A DNA stretch of 32,000 bases, taken from contig CAKPEI010000005.1 in the NCBI GenBank assembly GCA_934149365.1, forward strand, positions 7,673-39,672, in the 5' to 3' direction. The notes below the pieces were generated by a model. The model worked only from the letters and a program-made list of their open reading frames with translations. It was not told where the DNA came from and did not search any database. Below, in pieces: positions 9,151 through 17,857 of the stretch. Both the position numbers and the translations under genes were made by a program. The stretch is from an uncultured Clostridia bacterium (GTDB lineage: Bacteria; Bacillota; Clostridia; TANB77; CAG-465). Position 1 is the first letter of the stretch, and each line of letters starts with the position of its first letter.

Positions 9151-9702
9151 ATGCAAATATTTGATGAAAATCCTAAAAGAATATGTTGTTGTAATGAGGC
9201 TATAAAAAAAGGAATTTATGCCCAATCCTTACATAATGATACATTTAGTATCTATGGTAATTTAATGCAAGGAAAAAGTATATTGTTAAACTATAGTGGC
9301 AAATTAGTAGAAAAAATTTCTAATTCTTCAGATACTGCCCCAAATATATACATGTACTATTGTTTTGATAATGATTGGGAAAACAAGAGAATTATAAACA
9401 TGAGCGTATGCAAAAAGCAAACTTCTTTGAGTTATTGTTCAATCATTGAACTCCCAGAATGTTCAAGTATAAATATTGCATTTACTAACCAAAATGATGA
9501 ATGGGATACTGATGCAAAAGGTACTTACTACGTAAAAATATATCCCGATGTTGAAAAAGCCATAATAAAAAGATATGGCCTTGATTCAACACCACCTACA
9601 CTAGTTCCAGACAACCTTCCATCATCTCACAATAGTTTAGTAAAGGTAGTAAAAGAGAAATTAATAAGTGTTTTTTCCTTTTTTAAACTAAAGAGATGTT
9701 AA
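9151..9702 (+). CDS. Hypothetical protein of 183 aa (Cys-rich N-terminus; possible carbohydrate-binding-module-like core)
   Basis: GGAGGTG lies 7 nt upstream of the ATG at 9151; the longer track ORF from 9016 has no RBS. The motif pattern IYMYYCFDNDWENKR...INIAFTNQNDEWDTDAKGTYYV resembles CBM25/53-type W...WDxxxGxxY signatures, but I am going on recollection only. Confidence 0.45.
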   Translation: MQIFDENPKRICCCNEAIKKGIYAQSLHNDTFSIYGNLMQGKSILLNYSGKLVEKISNSSDTAPNIYMYYCFDNDWENKRIINMSVCKKQTSLSYCSIIELPECSSINIAFTNQNDEWDTDAKGTYYVKIYPDVEKAIIKRYGLDSTPPTLVPDNLPSSHNSLVKVVKEKLISVFSFFKLKRC

Positions 9703-9713
9703 ATATATAAAAT

Positions 9714-9754
9714 GATGCCTGCATATTATATATACCCCATAATATGCAAGCATC
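9714..9754. terminator. 14-bp imperfect hairpin between convergent genes
   Basis: GATGCCTGCATATT (9714-9727) pairs with AATATGCAAGCATC (9741-9754), with one mismatch. A U-rich tail is present only in the minus-strand sense. Confidence 0.45.
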
Positions 9755-9767
9755 TAACCCCCTATAC

Positions 9768-10721
9768 CTACTCAGCCGAAGCCATTTTTGCTTTCAATTT
9801 TTGCTTTTCTAACTTTAATAATTGTTCATATAGTTTTTCTTCTCTTTCAGTTATATCATCAGGCATCTTTATATCTAAGTCTATTAAAAGATTACCTCTT
9901 GTATTTTGATTTACAACATATCCTTTTGCCAATATTTCTAATCTATCACCAGTTTTACTATTCTTAGGAATTGTAATTAATACTTTCTCACCAAATATTT
10001 TAAGCTGAATTGTATCTCCAATTATAGCCTGGACTGGACTAATTTCTAATTTAACTTGTATATCAGCCCCTTCTAATCTAAGCATTGGATGTGGTCTTAA
10101 TTTCACAAGTATTATAAGGTCTCCATTTTTACCGCCGTTTTTACCTGGTTTACCTAGTCCTGATAACCTTATCTTTTCGCCATCTCTTATGCCCATTGGC
10201 ACATTAACGCTGTAGTTCTTCATACTTCCACGAGTAGTTTTAAAAGATATTTTCTTTTCAGCTCCAAAATAACCTTCCTCAATAGTTACATATAGTGTCG
10301 TTTCTATGTTTTCACCTTTTCTAGGTTCTTTTTGTTGCTCAATCTTTTCTTTTATATCGTCTTTAACATTCCCTGCAGCAGCTACAACTCTGTCTTTAGT
10401 ATCTTTACTTATACCTAATATAGTGTTCATAATTTCGCTCATGACACTACTTGCCGTCTTGCCATCAGAGTTGACACTACCTAATTCAACACTACCATAC
10501 CCATATCTAGATACTTGTCTGTCATACTTCTTCTTTTTTTCTTTATCCATTAACACATTATATGCTTCATTTAAATCCTTAAACATTTCTTCTGCATCTT
10601 TATTGTTAACGTTTGCATCAGGATGGTATTTCTTAGCTAACTTTCTAAAATTAACTTTTATTTCCTCCTGAGTTGATTTTCTATTTACTCCTAATAATTT
10701 ATAATAATCTTTCTGCTTCAT
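9768..10721 (-). CDS. cbpA: J-domain co-chaperone without a zinc-finger region (CbpA-like, class II DnaJ)
   Basis: The J domain reads DYYKLLGVNRKSTQEEIKVNFRKLAKKYHPDAN. The DnaJ C-terminal beta domains are present (LYVTIEEGYFGAEKKISF...GDLIILVKLRPHPMLRLEGADI...). No CxxCxGxG repeats are present. Confidence 0.8.
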   Translation of the reverse strand: MKQKDYYKLLGVNRKSTQEEIKVNFRKLAKKYHPDANVNNKDAEEMFKDLNEAYNVLMDKEKKKKYDRQVSRYGYGSVELGSVNSDGKTASSVMSEIMNTILGISKDTKDRVVAAAGNVKDDIKEKIEQQKEPRKGENIETTLYVTIEEGYFGAEKKISFKTTRGSMKNYSVNVPMGIRDGEKIRLSGLGKPGKNGGKNGDLIILVKLRPHPMLRLEGADIQVKLEISPVQAIIGDTIQLKIFGEKVLITIPKNSKTGDRLEILAKGYVVNQNTRGNLLIDLDIKMPDDITEREEKLYEQLLKLEKQKLKAKMASAE

Positions 10722-10834
10722 AATTACCTCTTTACTACTTTAAAATATTACAATTTAAGGTTCCATTTTTTGCATTATTATATCATAATTATATGTTTTT
10801 TCAAGACATTTTCATATTATTGTATGTAAAAATT

Positions 10835-10883
10835 CTCCCTTTGAAGTAAAGCCACTAAAATAATGGTTTCTCTTCAAAAGGAG
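10835..10883 (-). terminator. Intrinsic terminator downstream of the pilin-leader/FGE gene
   Basis: CTCCCTTTGAAG (10835-10846) pairs with CTTCAAAAGGAG (10872-10883). In the minus sense a T-rich tract follows (AATTTTTA). Confidence 0.55.
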
Positions 10884-10892
10884 TTAATTGCA

Positions 10893-12066
10893 CTATTTTA
10901 AATAAAGAGCTACACGGAATCCAGCTCCCACTGAAGCTGGTGTCTCTCCACGTCTTGCACTGGCAGGTGCGTACATACCATTATCCACACTGCGTCCACC
11001 TCTTTCAAGACGTCCACCAGTACCATCAGCCTCCATAGTCCATTCCCTTGCATTTCCTGCCATATCATATATGTTGCATATTTTATATGATTCACTACTT
11101 CCTGCAGAAGTTGGTGTTGTTGAACTTTGTCCATAGTATCCTTTTCCAGAACTATCCTTTGCATATATAGAATCCACTCTAGATACAAACATTAATGCTG
11201 CATCCCACTCTACACCATATATTAGTGTTGAAGCAACCGATCCACTTGACTTATATAAGTCTCTCGACAAAGCAACTGCACCAGTAGTTCCTACATCCTT
11301 CATGTTTGTTCCCCATGCCACATCGCATACTGTAGCTCCTTTTTTTATAACAATATTATTGTTTTCTTTTCCTGACTCATATCTTGCTATATAAAAGCCG
11401 CCATTTTTTTCTACACTTTCCCTCATTGTTGTGTACTCAGCATATTCTCCCGTTGTGTCATTTGCATTTGACAATTCCGATAATTTTGAACATGGTTCTG
11501 TATAGTTGTCTCCTGGCGTTGTTATCGTTCCATTATATGTTGTTGTTCTTTGAAATTTATTAATATCTGGGACTGGCACCCATACAAATTGGTTATATGA
11601 AGTTTGCGCCACTTCCTGAGTTATACCATCAAGTGTTTGAGTTTCATATATAACTAGTCCATTTTTAACTGTACTTTCTCCTTCATATATTGATGCTACA
11701 AAACCTTCTGGTATTACAGGATATGTATACACATCTCCACTATCTGTTACTTCATAAGAACCTGTACCGGCTCCTACTTTATAACCTGCCTCTTTTAGCT
11801 TTTTTTCTGCATATTTACCAAATGATGTTATACTACTATCTTCAGCCATTATCTTCGCTTCATCTAGCATCCAATCTGCATGTGCCATGGCTACTAAATC
11901 TTTTGCATTTGACACATCTGTATCTGTTTTGGCTTTATTTGCCTTTCCTATTATTCCACTATTTGATAGTGATAATATTATTGCGGCTGCTAGTATTATC
12001 ATTACTATTATTGTTATTACTAATACTATTAATGATATTCCGCTTCTTTCTTTTTAAATTTTTCAT
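10893..12066 (-). CDS. Prepilin-like N-terminal leader fused to an FGE-sulfatase (SUMF1/formylglycine-generating-enzyme family) domain; the reading frame is interrupted in the leader (apparent 1-nt frameshift)
   Basis: The track ORF 10893-12002 starts in the middle of a hydrophobic helix (MIILAAAIILSLSNSGIIGKANKAK). The same frame continues upstream as KERSGISLIVLVITIIV. The RBS-supported ATG (12066-12064, GGAGG 9 nt upstream) is in another frame. FGE-family motifs in the C-terminus are GGFYIARYE, LIYGVEWDAAL, YDMAGNAREW, RLERGG and GAGFRVAL. Confidence 0.7.
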
Positions 12067-12435
12067 TTTCATTTACCTCCCCTTACTTTTTTGAAAAATT
12101 TTTCTAATATATACATATTATTTCACATTGCTTTAAAATTTGCAATCATTTTTAATTGTTTTATGCATTTTTCATTTTGCTTTTCTATGTATATATCATG
12201 TGTATATTTACATGACTTAAATTATGGTTATACCTTACTTTAAACGCAAAAAGCTAGCTATACTCTTTACTGTATAACTAACTTTATATTATCTAATATA
12301 TATGCCTTATGCGTATAAAAACCTCTATCTAGTTTATTTCTAGATATTACCTGCGTGTTACTCTCCCAACGGTTTTACGCATATTAGTTGACATTTGCTT
12401 TCACCCCTCTATTGGTTTTCTCTTTATATATTTTT

Positions 12436-12464
12436 ATTCTACTTTATATTATTACTTTTTTCAA
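12436..12464 (-). promoter_or_regulatory. Candidate sigma-A promoter for the pilin-leader/FGE gene (TTGAAA-17-TAGAAT)
   Basis: On the minus strand, the -35 TTGAAA is at 12464-12459 and the -10 TAGAAT at 12441-12436, with a 17-nt spacer. If used, this implies a 5' leader of about 360 nt. Confidence 0.35.
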
Positions 12465-12523
12465 CACCTTTTGTATTATTTTTTTATTTGTAATCTTGTT
12501 GTAATATTTATTTTGTATAAAGC

Positions 12524-12549
12524 AAAGGCTTGCAAATATGCAAGCCTTT
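12524..12549 (-). terminator. Hairpin just downstream of the 12556-13008 gene
   Basis: AAAGGCTTGCAAATATGCAAGCCTTT is a perfect 11-bp palindromic stem located right after the stop codon. Confidence 0.55.
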
Positions 12550-12555
12550 AAACAT

Positions 12556-13008
12556 TTAATCATAATCAAACCTATTACCACTCCTAAATTCTCCATTTTC
12601 ACATCTGCCAACACTTTTTCCTGTGGCCCTATCTACTACATTACCGCTGCTATCTATATCAGCCACATATGTTCCTTTGTCATAATCATAAACTCTCCCA
12701 AACTCATCTATATTTACTGTTTCTCTTCCATCTTTATATATAGAATTTCCCTTTCTTTGTCCTGCGTAATGACCATTTACATGATCATATATTTGACCAT
12801 TTTCATCAGTAGAATAATGTCTATATTTTCTTTCTTCTGATGTTCCTTTGTAAGTACTCGAACTTGACCTTGTAACATGATAATAGGGGTCAGTTTTAGC
12901 TTTATTATATTCCCATTTGCAATATTTATATATCCCTATTGCTATAAGTAAGAAAGGGTTTAAGAAAAGTAAAACAATAAACAAAATAACTTTTAAGAAC
13001 TTAGGCAT
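12556..13008 (-). CDS. Hypothetical small membrane-anchored protein with internal Gly/Tyr/Asp-rich repeats
   Basis: The ATG at 13008 (MPKFLKVILFIVLLFLNPFLLIAIGIY) has AAGGAAG 7 nt upstream; the track start at 13026 is a TTG. The C-terminal part repeats a motif like G-x-(I/V)YD-x-x-x-G-x-Y. Confidence 0.55.
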   Translation of the reverse strand: MPKFLKVILFIVLLFLNPFLLIAIGIYKYCKWEYNKAKTDPYYHVTRSSSSTYKGTSEERKYRHYSTDENGQIYDHVNGHYAGQRKGNSIYKDGRETVNIDEFGRVYDYDKGTYVADIDSSGNVVDRATGKSVGRCENGEFRSGNRFDYD

Positions 13009-13184
13009 ATTTATACTTCCTTTCAAAATAATATTAATTAATCACACTTTATAACAATTGCTATAAAGCTCCTATATTTTTTACGTTTATATTATATCAT
13101 ACAAAGCATATTTTTTAAACTAATTTTATATTTACATTTACTAAAAAATATTTGCATTTCCTTGTCTTTTTTACTCATTTTTCC

Positions 13185-13213
13185 TTGATTTTTCTCGTAT
13201 TTTCTTATATAAT
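13185..13213 (+). promoter_or_regulatory. Candidate sigma-A promoter of gyrA (TTGATT-17-TATAAT)
   Basis: The -35 is at 13185-13190 and the -10 at 13208-13213, with a 17-nt spacer. The -10 lies 24 nt upstream of the gyrA ATG region. Confidence 0.5.
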
Positions 13214-13237
13214 GACTGTATTGTATAGGAGGATTTT

Positions 13238-15712
13238 ATGGACGATAATAATATTTTTAATGAAGGAAAAATCATACCCGTAGACTTAGAAGCAGAAATG
13301 AAAAAATCATATATAGACTATGCCATGAGCGTTATCGTATCCCGTGCACTTCCTGATGTAAGAGATGGTTTAAAACCAGTTCACAGAAGAATATTATATG
13401 TTATGAGTGAACTTGCTTTATGGCCAGAAAAGCCATACAGAAAATGTGCTGGTATCGTTGGTGACGTACTTGGTAATTATCACCCTCATGGTGATGCTTC
13501 CGTATACGATGCTTTAGTTCGTTTAGCGCAGGACTTCTCTTTAAGATATCCGCTTGTAAATGGACATGGTAACTTTGGTTCAGTCGATAATGACCCACCA
13601 GCTGCAATGAGGTACACAGAAGCAAAGCTTCATAAAATAGCTGTTGAAATGTTAACGGATATTGATAAAGAAACTGTTGATTATACACCAAACTATGATG
13701 AAAGACTTTTAGAGCCTACTGTATTACCTGCAAAAATACCTAACTTGCTTGTAAATGGTTCATATGGAATTGCTGTTGGTATGGCTTGTAATATTCCACC
13801 ACACAATTTAACAGAAGTCATAAATGGTACTTGTGCTATGATTGATAACCCAGATATATCAACAGATGAACTAATGACACATATAAAAGGTCCCGATTTC
13901 CCAACAGGTGGAATTATTGTTGGTAGAGATGGAATAAAGAAAGCTTACGAAACAGGTAGAGGTAAAATCTGTTTAAGAGGTAAAGCTGAAATTGAAGAAG
14001 ACCATAGAGGAAGATTTAAGATTATAATAACAGAAATACCATATCAGCTAAATAAATCTGCTTTAGTTGAGAACATAGCAAAGCTTGTTCAAGAAAAGGT
14101 AATAACTGGTATATCTGATCTAAGAGATGAGTCTGATAGAACTGGTCTTAGAATAGTTGTTGAACTTAAAAGAGATGCTAACCCAAATGTTGTTTTAAAC
14201 TTGTTATACAAACATACGCAACTTCAAGGTACATTTAGTATTTTACTTTTAGCACTTGTTAATAACCAACCTAAAGTTTTATCTTTAAAAGAAATACTTT
14301 CTCATTATATAGCTCATAGAGAGGAAATAATCACAAGAAGAACAAAGTATGATTTAAAGAAAGCTGAAGCTAGACTTCACATATTAGAAGGTTTAAGAAT
14401 TGCTTTAGACCACATTGATGAGATTATTAAATTAATCAGAGCTGCTAAAGACGATAATGAAGCAAGAGCTGCATTGATGACTAGATTTGGTCTTTCAGAA
14501 ATACAAGCAAACGCTATTCTTGAAATGAGATTACGTACTCTAACAGGTTTACAAAGAGAAAAAATCGAAGATGAATACAACAATTTAGTAGCATTAATCG
14601 CTAAGTATAAAGCTATTTTAGCAGATGAAAAATTAATTCTTAATATTGTAAAAGAAGAATTACTAGAAATCAAGAAAACTTATGGTGATGAAAGAAAAAC
14701 AGCTATAACTCACGGCGAAAGTGATATTGAAATTGAAAGCTTGATAAAAGAGGAAAGCAATGTAGTTACAATAACTCATTTTGGTTATATAAAGAGAATT
14801 GCAACTGATGCATATAAATCTCAAAGAAGAGGTGGTAAAGGAGTAACTGCAATGAATACTCGTGAAGATGATTTCATAGAGCATTTATTTGTTACATCAA
14901 CTCACGACTACATACTATTCTTTACTAATACTGGTAAAGTATTTAAACTAAAAGCTTATGAATTACCAGAAGCTAGTAGGCAAGCCAAAGGAACTGCAAT
15001 CGTTAATTTATTGCAACTTTCTCCTGATGAGAAGATTGCAGCTGTAATACCAGTAAAAGAATTTAAAGATGATGAATTTGTTCTTATGGCTACTAAGAAT
15101 GGTTTAGTTAAGAAAACTCCTCTTAATGAATATTCAAATATACGTAAAACTGGTATACAAAGTATTACTTTAAAAGATAATGACGAAATAATAGATGTAA
15201 GAATAACAAACGGAAAAAACAATGTAATACTTGTAACTAAATCTGGTTTATCTATACGTTTCAGTGAAGAGGAAGTTAGATCTTGTGGTAGAACATCTAT
15301 GGGCGTAAAAGGTATTACTCTAGGAAAAGATGATGTTGTTATAGGAATGGAACCTATTACTAGCGAAAATGGATACATATTAGCAATAACTGAAAATGGT
15401 TTTGGTAAACGTACAGAAGTTGAAGAATACAGAGCTCAATCAAGAGCTGGTAAAGGTATATTAACTTACAAGACTACAGATAAGACTGGCCATATAATTG
15501 GAATTAAAGTTGTAGATGATGACGATGATATAATGATAATTACAGATACAGGAGTAATTATTAGAATTCATGCAAAAGATATCAGTGTTCTTGGTAGAAA
15601 CACTCAAGGTGTAACTCTTATGAGAACATCAGACGGTGGAAAAGTAGTTAATATTGCAAAACTAATTCCAGAAGACGAACATGACAAACAAATAAACATG
15701 GAAAATCTATAA
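13238..15712 (+). CDS. gyrA: DNA gyrase subunit A
   Basis: The N-terminus is typical ([31 protein letters not shown]). It has a QRDR-type [17 protein letters not shown], the catalytic [10 protein letters not shown] and a GyrA box QRRGGKG, which supports gyrase over topo IV. The length is 824 aa. Confidence 0.93.
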   Translation: MDDNNIFNEGKIIPVDLEAEMKKSYIDYAMSVIVSRALPDVRDGLKPVHRRILYVMSELALWPEKPYRKCAGIVGDVLGNYHPHGDASVYDALVRLAQDFSLRYPLVNGHGNFGSVDNDPPAAMRYTEAKLHKIAVEMLTDIDKETVDYTPNYDERLLEPTVLPAKIPNLLVNGSYGIAVGMACNIPPHNLTEVINGTCAMIDNPDISTDELMTHIKGPDFPTGGIIVGRDGIKKAYETGRGKICLRGKAEIEEDHRGRFKIIITEIPYQLNKSALVENIAKLVQEKVITGISDLRDESDRTGLRIVVELKRDANPNVVLNLLYKHTQLQGTFSILLLALVNNQPKVLSLKEILSHYIAHREEIITRRTKYDLKKAEARLHILEGLRIALDHIDEIIKLIRAAKDDNEARAALMTRFGLSEIQANAILEMRLRTLTGLQREKIEDEYNNLVALIAKYKAILADEKLILNIVKEELLEIKKTYGDERKTAITHGESDIEIESLIKEESNVVTITHFGYIKRIATDAYKSQRRGGKGVTAMNTREDDFIEHLFVTSTHDYILFFTNTGKVFKLKAYELPEASRQAKGTAIVNLLQLSPDEKIAAVIPVKEFKDDEFVLMATKNGLVKKTPLNEYSNIRKTGIQSITLKDNDEIIDVRITNGKNNVILVTKSGLSIRFSEEEVRSCGRTSMGVKGITLGKDDVVIGMEPITSENGYILAITENGFGKRTEVEEYRAQSRAGKGILTYKTTDKTGHIIGIKVVDDDDDIMIITDTGVIIRIHAKDISVLGRNTQGVTLMRTSDGGKVVNIAKLIPEDEHDKQINMENL

Positions 15713-15721
15713 TAAAGTAAA

Positions 15722-15752
15722 CCCCATACATGATTGTATGGGGCTTATTTTT
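15722..15752 (+). terminator. Intrinsic terminator after gyrA
   Basis: CCCCATACA-TGAT-TGTATGGGG is followed by CTTATTTTT. Confidence 0.75.
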
Positions 15753-16768
15753 ATTCTGTTATTTTTTTCTTTTTGAACCTTATATCGTCACCTATAAATT
15801 TACATATAATATAGTTTCCTATTAATCTAGACATAACTCTTTCATCATATTCCTGGCTTAATTCATTTAACATCAAGTTGGTAGAAATTATTGTTTTTTT
15901 ATTTTTCAAAAGTCTAGTATTAATAATATTAAAAAGTTCTGTAAATCTATTATTATTTAATGTCTCTGTTCCTAGATCATCAATTATAAGTAGATCAACA
16001 TTAAATATACTTTCATATCTTTCTTTGTTCTCACTATTTTTATCAAAGTTATACTTACTTTCCATAGCCATATCCATAAGCATAGGTGCAGTTTGATATA
16101 TCACTGTATAACCTTTATTAATAGCTTCATATGCAATACAATTGCTTATAAAAGTTTTTCCTGTTCCAGTATTTCCAACAAATAGTAAATTCTTTTGTTG
16201 TTTATCATCTATATGATCGCAAAACTTTTCTGCTATTTTTCTTATTTTAATTATATTATTTCTTGGAGAAATATCACTTTTATATTTTTCCTTATTTACT
16301 TTATCAGAATAATAACCTATATCAAAAGTATTAAAGTTCTCCTCGTTTATTTTAAGCATGTTGTATTGCTTATACATTTTATCTACTACTTTTTGAATAA
16401 AGCACTTGCAATACTTTTCACCTTTAGCTGTAACGATTCTTCCTGTGTCTTTACAAATATCGCACTCATAACTAGGTTTTAGATATCTATCACCATAGCC
16501 TTCTTCTCTTAACAGATTATCTATATCATTTTGTAATTTAGCAACATTTATCTTCATGTTTTCTTCTGCTATTTCCTTATCTATGCCGTTTCTTTGTAAG
16601 TATTTCTCTAGCATAAGATATAGCAGCTTCATTTTTCTTTTTTTCTAATTCTTTATACTTAGGCAGTTTGTCTTCCAATGTTCTTTTCTTTAACTTAATT
16701 TCGCTTTCTGCCTTTTCCCTTTTTGCATCATATTGCATGCTAACTTCTTTATAAACATCACAGCTCAT
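15751..16768 (-). CDS. DnaC/DnaI-like helicase-loader AAA+ ATPase (IstB-like), split into two overlapping ORFs by an apparent 1-nt frameshift
   Basis: The 15751-16632 part carries a Cys cluster (YECDICKDTGRI...KYCKC), Walker A GNTGTGKTF and Walker B LLIIDDLG. The 63-aa ORF 16577-16768 has its own GAGGAG RBS and a coiled N-terminus (YDAKREKAESEIKLKKRTLEDKLPKYKELEKK) typical of the N-terminal part of clostridial DnaC-like proteins. Confidence 0.75.
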
Positions 16769-16785
16769 ACCATTCTCCTCTACTG

Positions 16786-17754
16786 TTACATATTATCATA
16801 GTATGACTCTAAATCATCATACTTCCTTTGTTCATAATTCTTATGTTTTAACGCAGATGTAGTACTAGCTTTTTTAGGTTGACTCACCATTTGTTTTGTA
16901 ACTTTACTACTTTCCTCTACAACATCTTGTAAATTCTTAATTCCTTTTTCATGCCAATTTTTCAATATTGCATTAGTATAATTAATTGTTGGGTTGGTCA
17001 TTTTTTGAACAGTTTTCTTTAATGCTACTTCTATAACATCAAAATCATACTTGTATTCATTTATCCATATGTTTATATATTCTTCCTCATACTCAGTAAG
17101 ATTTCTTGTAAGACGCAATATTCTTTTGATTTTACTTTTAATTTTATTTACTTTATCTTGCTCTTCTAAGTAGTTCTCCAATTGTTCAAAAGTTTTTACA
17201 TTTCCTTTATACCATGTTTCTGCAACTTTAAAAACATAATTTTTCCTTAATGCATTTCTTTCCTGACAGTACTGAAAAAGTGCTATCATAACATCTTCGT
17301 CAAACATATATTTTTCAAACAATGTGCTTATGTCTACGTACCATCCTAATGTCATAATTCCTTGGAAGAAAGTTTCATTTATTGCAGAAGCTGCAGCTAT
17401 TCTCTTCTTTTCTACTGCTGTCTTTCTACCATCTCCCTTTGGTTTTAACTTTGGAATATATGTTTTATTAAGTTCCTGTTCTTTTATATCTACAAAACTA
17501 TAACCGTCTTCTAATTTAACAACAAGCTCTTCTGTTTCAAGTTGCTTCATAGCCTTCTCATATTCCACTTTACTTATACCAAGCTTTTTAGCTATTTGTT
17601 CTTCCTTAATATCAATTTTATTTTTAGCCATAAACTTCATATACAGATAAAGTTTAAGAGCATGTTCTTCTAACCCCATCATATAATTTGAAATAAACAA
17701 ATCAGGCAATAATATATCTGACAGTTCTATTTTACTCTTCTCTACATATTTCAT
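16786..17754 (-). CDS. DnaD-domain replication initiation / membrane attachment protein (DnaB/DnaD-like)
   Basis: The N-terminus is winged-helix-like (ISNYMMGLEEHALKLYLYMKF...IAKKLGISKVEYEKAMKQLE). A C-terminal DnaD-type repeat is present (DEDVMIALFQYCQERNALRKNYVFKVAETWYKGNVKT, then FDVIEVALKKTVQKMTNPTINYTNAILKNWHEKGI). It sits directly upstream of the DnaC-like loader. Confidence 0.8.
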   Translation of the reverse strand: MKYVEKSKIELSDILLPDLFISNYMMGLEEHALKLYLYMKFMAKNKIDIKEEQIAKKLGISKVEYEKAMKQLETEELVVKLEDGYSFVDIKEQELNKTYIPKLKPKGDGRKTAVEKKRIAAASAINETFFQGIMTLGWYVDISTLFEKYMFDEDVMIALFQYCQERNALRKNYVFKVAETWYKGNVKTFEQLENYLEEQDKVNKIKSKIKRILRLTRNLTEYEEEYINIWINEYKYDFDVIEVALKKTVQKMTNPTINYTNAILKNWHEKGIKNLQDVVEESSKVTKQMVSQPKKASTTSALKHKNYEQRKYDDLESYYDNM

Positions 17755-17803
17755 ACAATTCTCCCCTGATTATAGCATAAAATGCTATAATTATACATTC
17801 ATG

Positions 17804-17832
17804 ATTATACCATCTATTAATAGTTTTTACAA
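17804..17832 (-). promoter_or_regulatory. Candidate extended -10 promoter for the dnaD-like gene (TTGTAA-17-TGgTATAAT)
   Basis: On the minus strand, the -35 TTGTAA is at 17832-17827 and the -10 TATAAT at 17809-17804, preceded by TGG. A palindrome, TTATAGCAT-AAA-ATGCTATAA, lies between this promoter and the RBS. Confidence 0.45.
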
Positions 17833-17857
17833 CCACATTTAAACAAGTAAATTTTAT

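Noticed and set aside
9712-10671. Plus-strand ORFs 9712-9909 and 10306-10671
   Set aside because: They overlap the terminator hairpin and the J-domain protein gene in antisense. They have no RBS and their sequence is low complexity.
10910-12094. ORF 10910-11188 (-, alternative frame) and the Leu-rich ORF 11690-12094 (+)
   Set aside because: Both lie within the FGE-domain gene, whose own frame shows the family motifs. The plus-strand ORF is a Leu/Tyr-rich antisense artefact.
12067-12470. Assigning the long leader to a specific riboswitch class (c-di-GMP-I/II)
   Set aside because: I could not recognise the conserved cores of either class in the sequence. Only generic hairpins are visible, so it is reported as an unclassified leader.
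12538-12840. Plus-strand ORF 12538-12840
   Set aside because: It is antisense to the 12556-13008 gene, which has the better RBS and a signal-anchor N-terminus. I still rate that whole locus as only moderate confidence.
13401-15378. Minus-strand ORFs inside gyrA (13401-13691, 14377-14673, 14663-14884, 14956-15378)
   Set aside because: They are antisense to an unambiguous gyrA.
15878-16482. Plus-strand ORFs 15878-16096 and 16195-16482
   Set aside because: They are antisense to the DnaC-like ATPase gene.
15751-17754. Reading the DnaD-like/DnaC-like pair as a phage or ICE replication module belonging to the T4SS-like cluster
   Set aside because: The pair has its own strong promoter, and paired DnaD-domain and DnaC-like genes are also core replication-restart genes in clostridia. 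I cannot exclude the mobile origin, so it is kept only as a caveat in the context finding.
17771-17792. The palindrome TTATAGCAT-AAA-ATGCTATAA as a terminator of the T4SS-like operon
   Set aside because: The stem is AT-rich, has no U-tract, and lies downstream of the candidate dnaD-like promoter. It is more likely an operator or a leader hairpin, and the evidence is too weak to annotate it.
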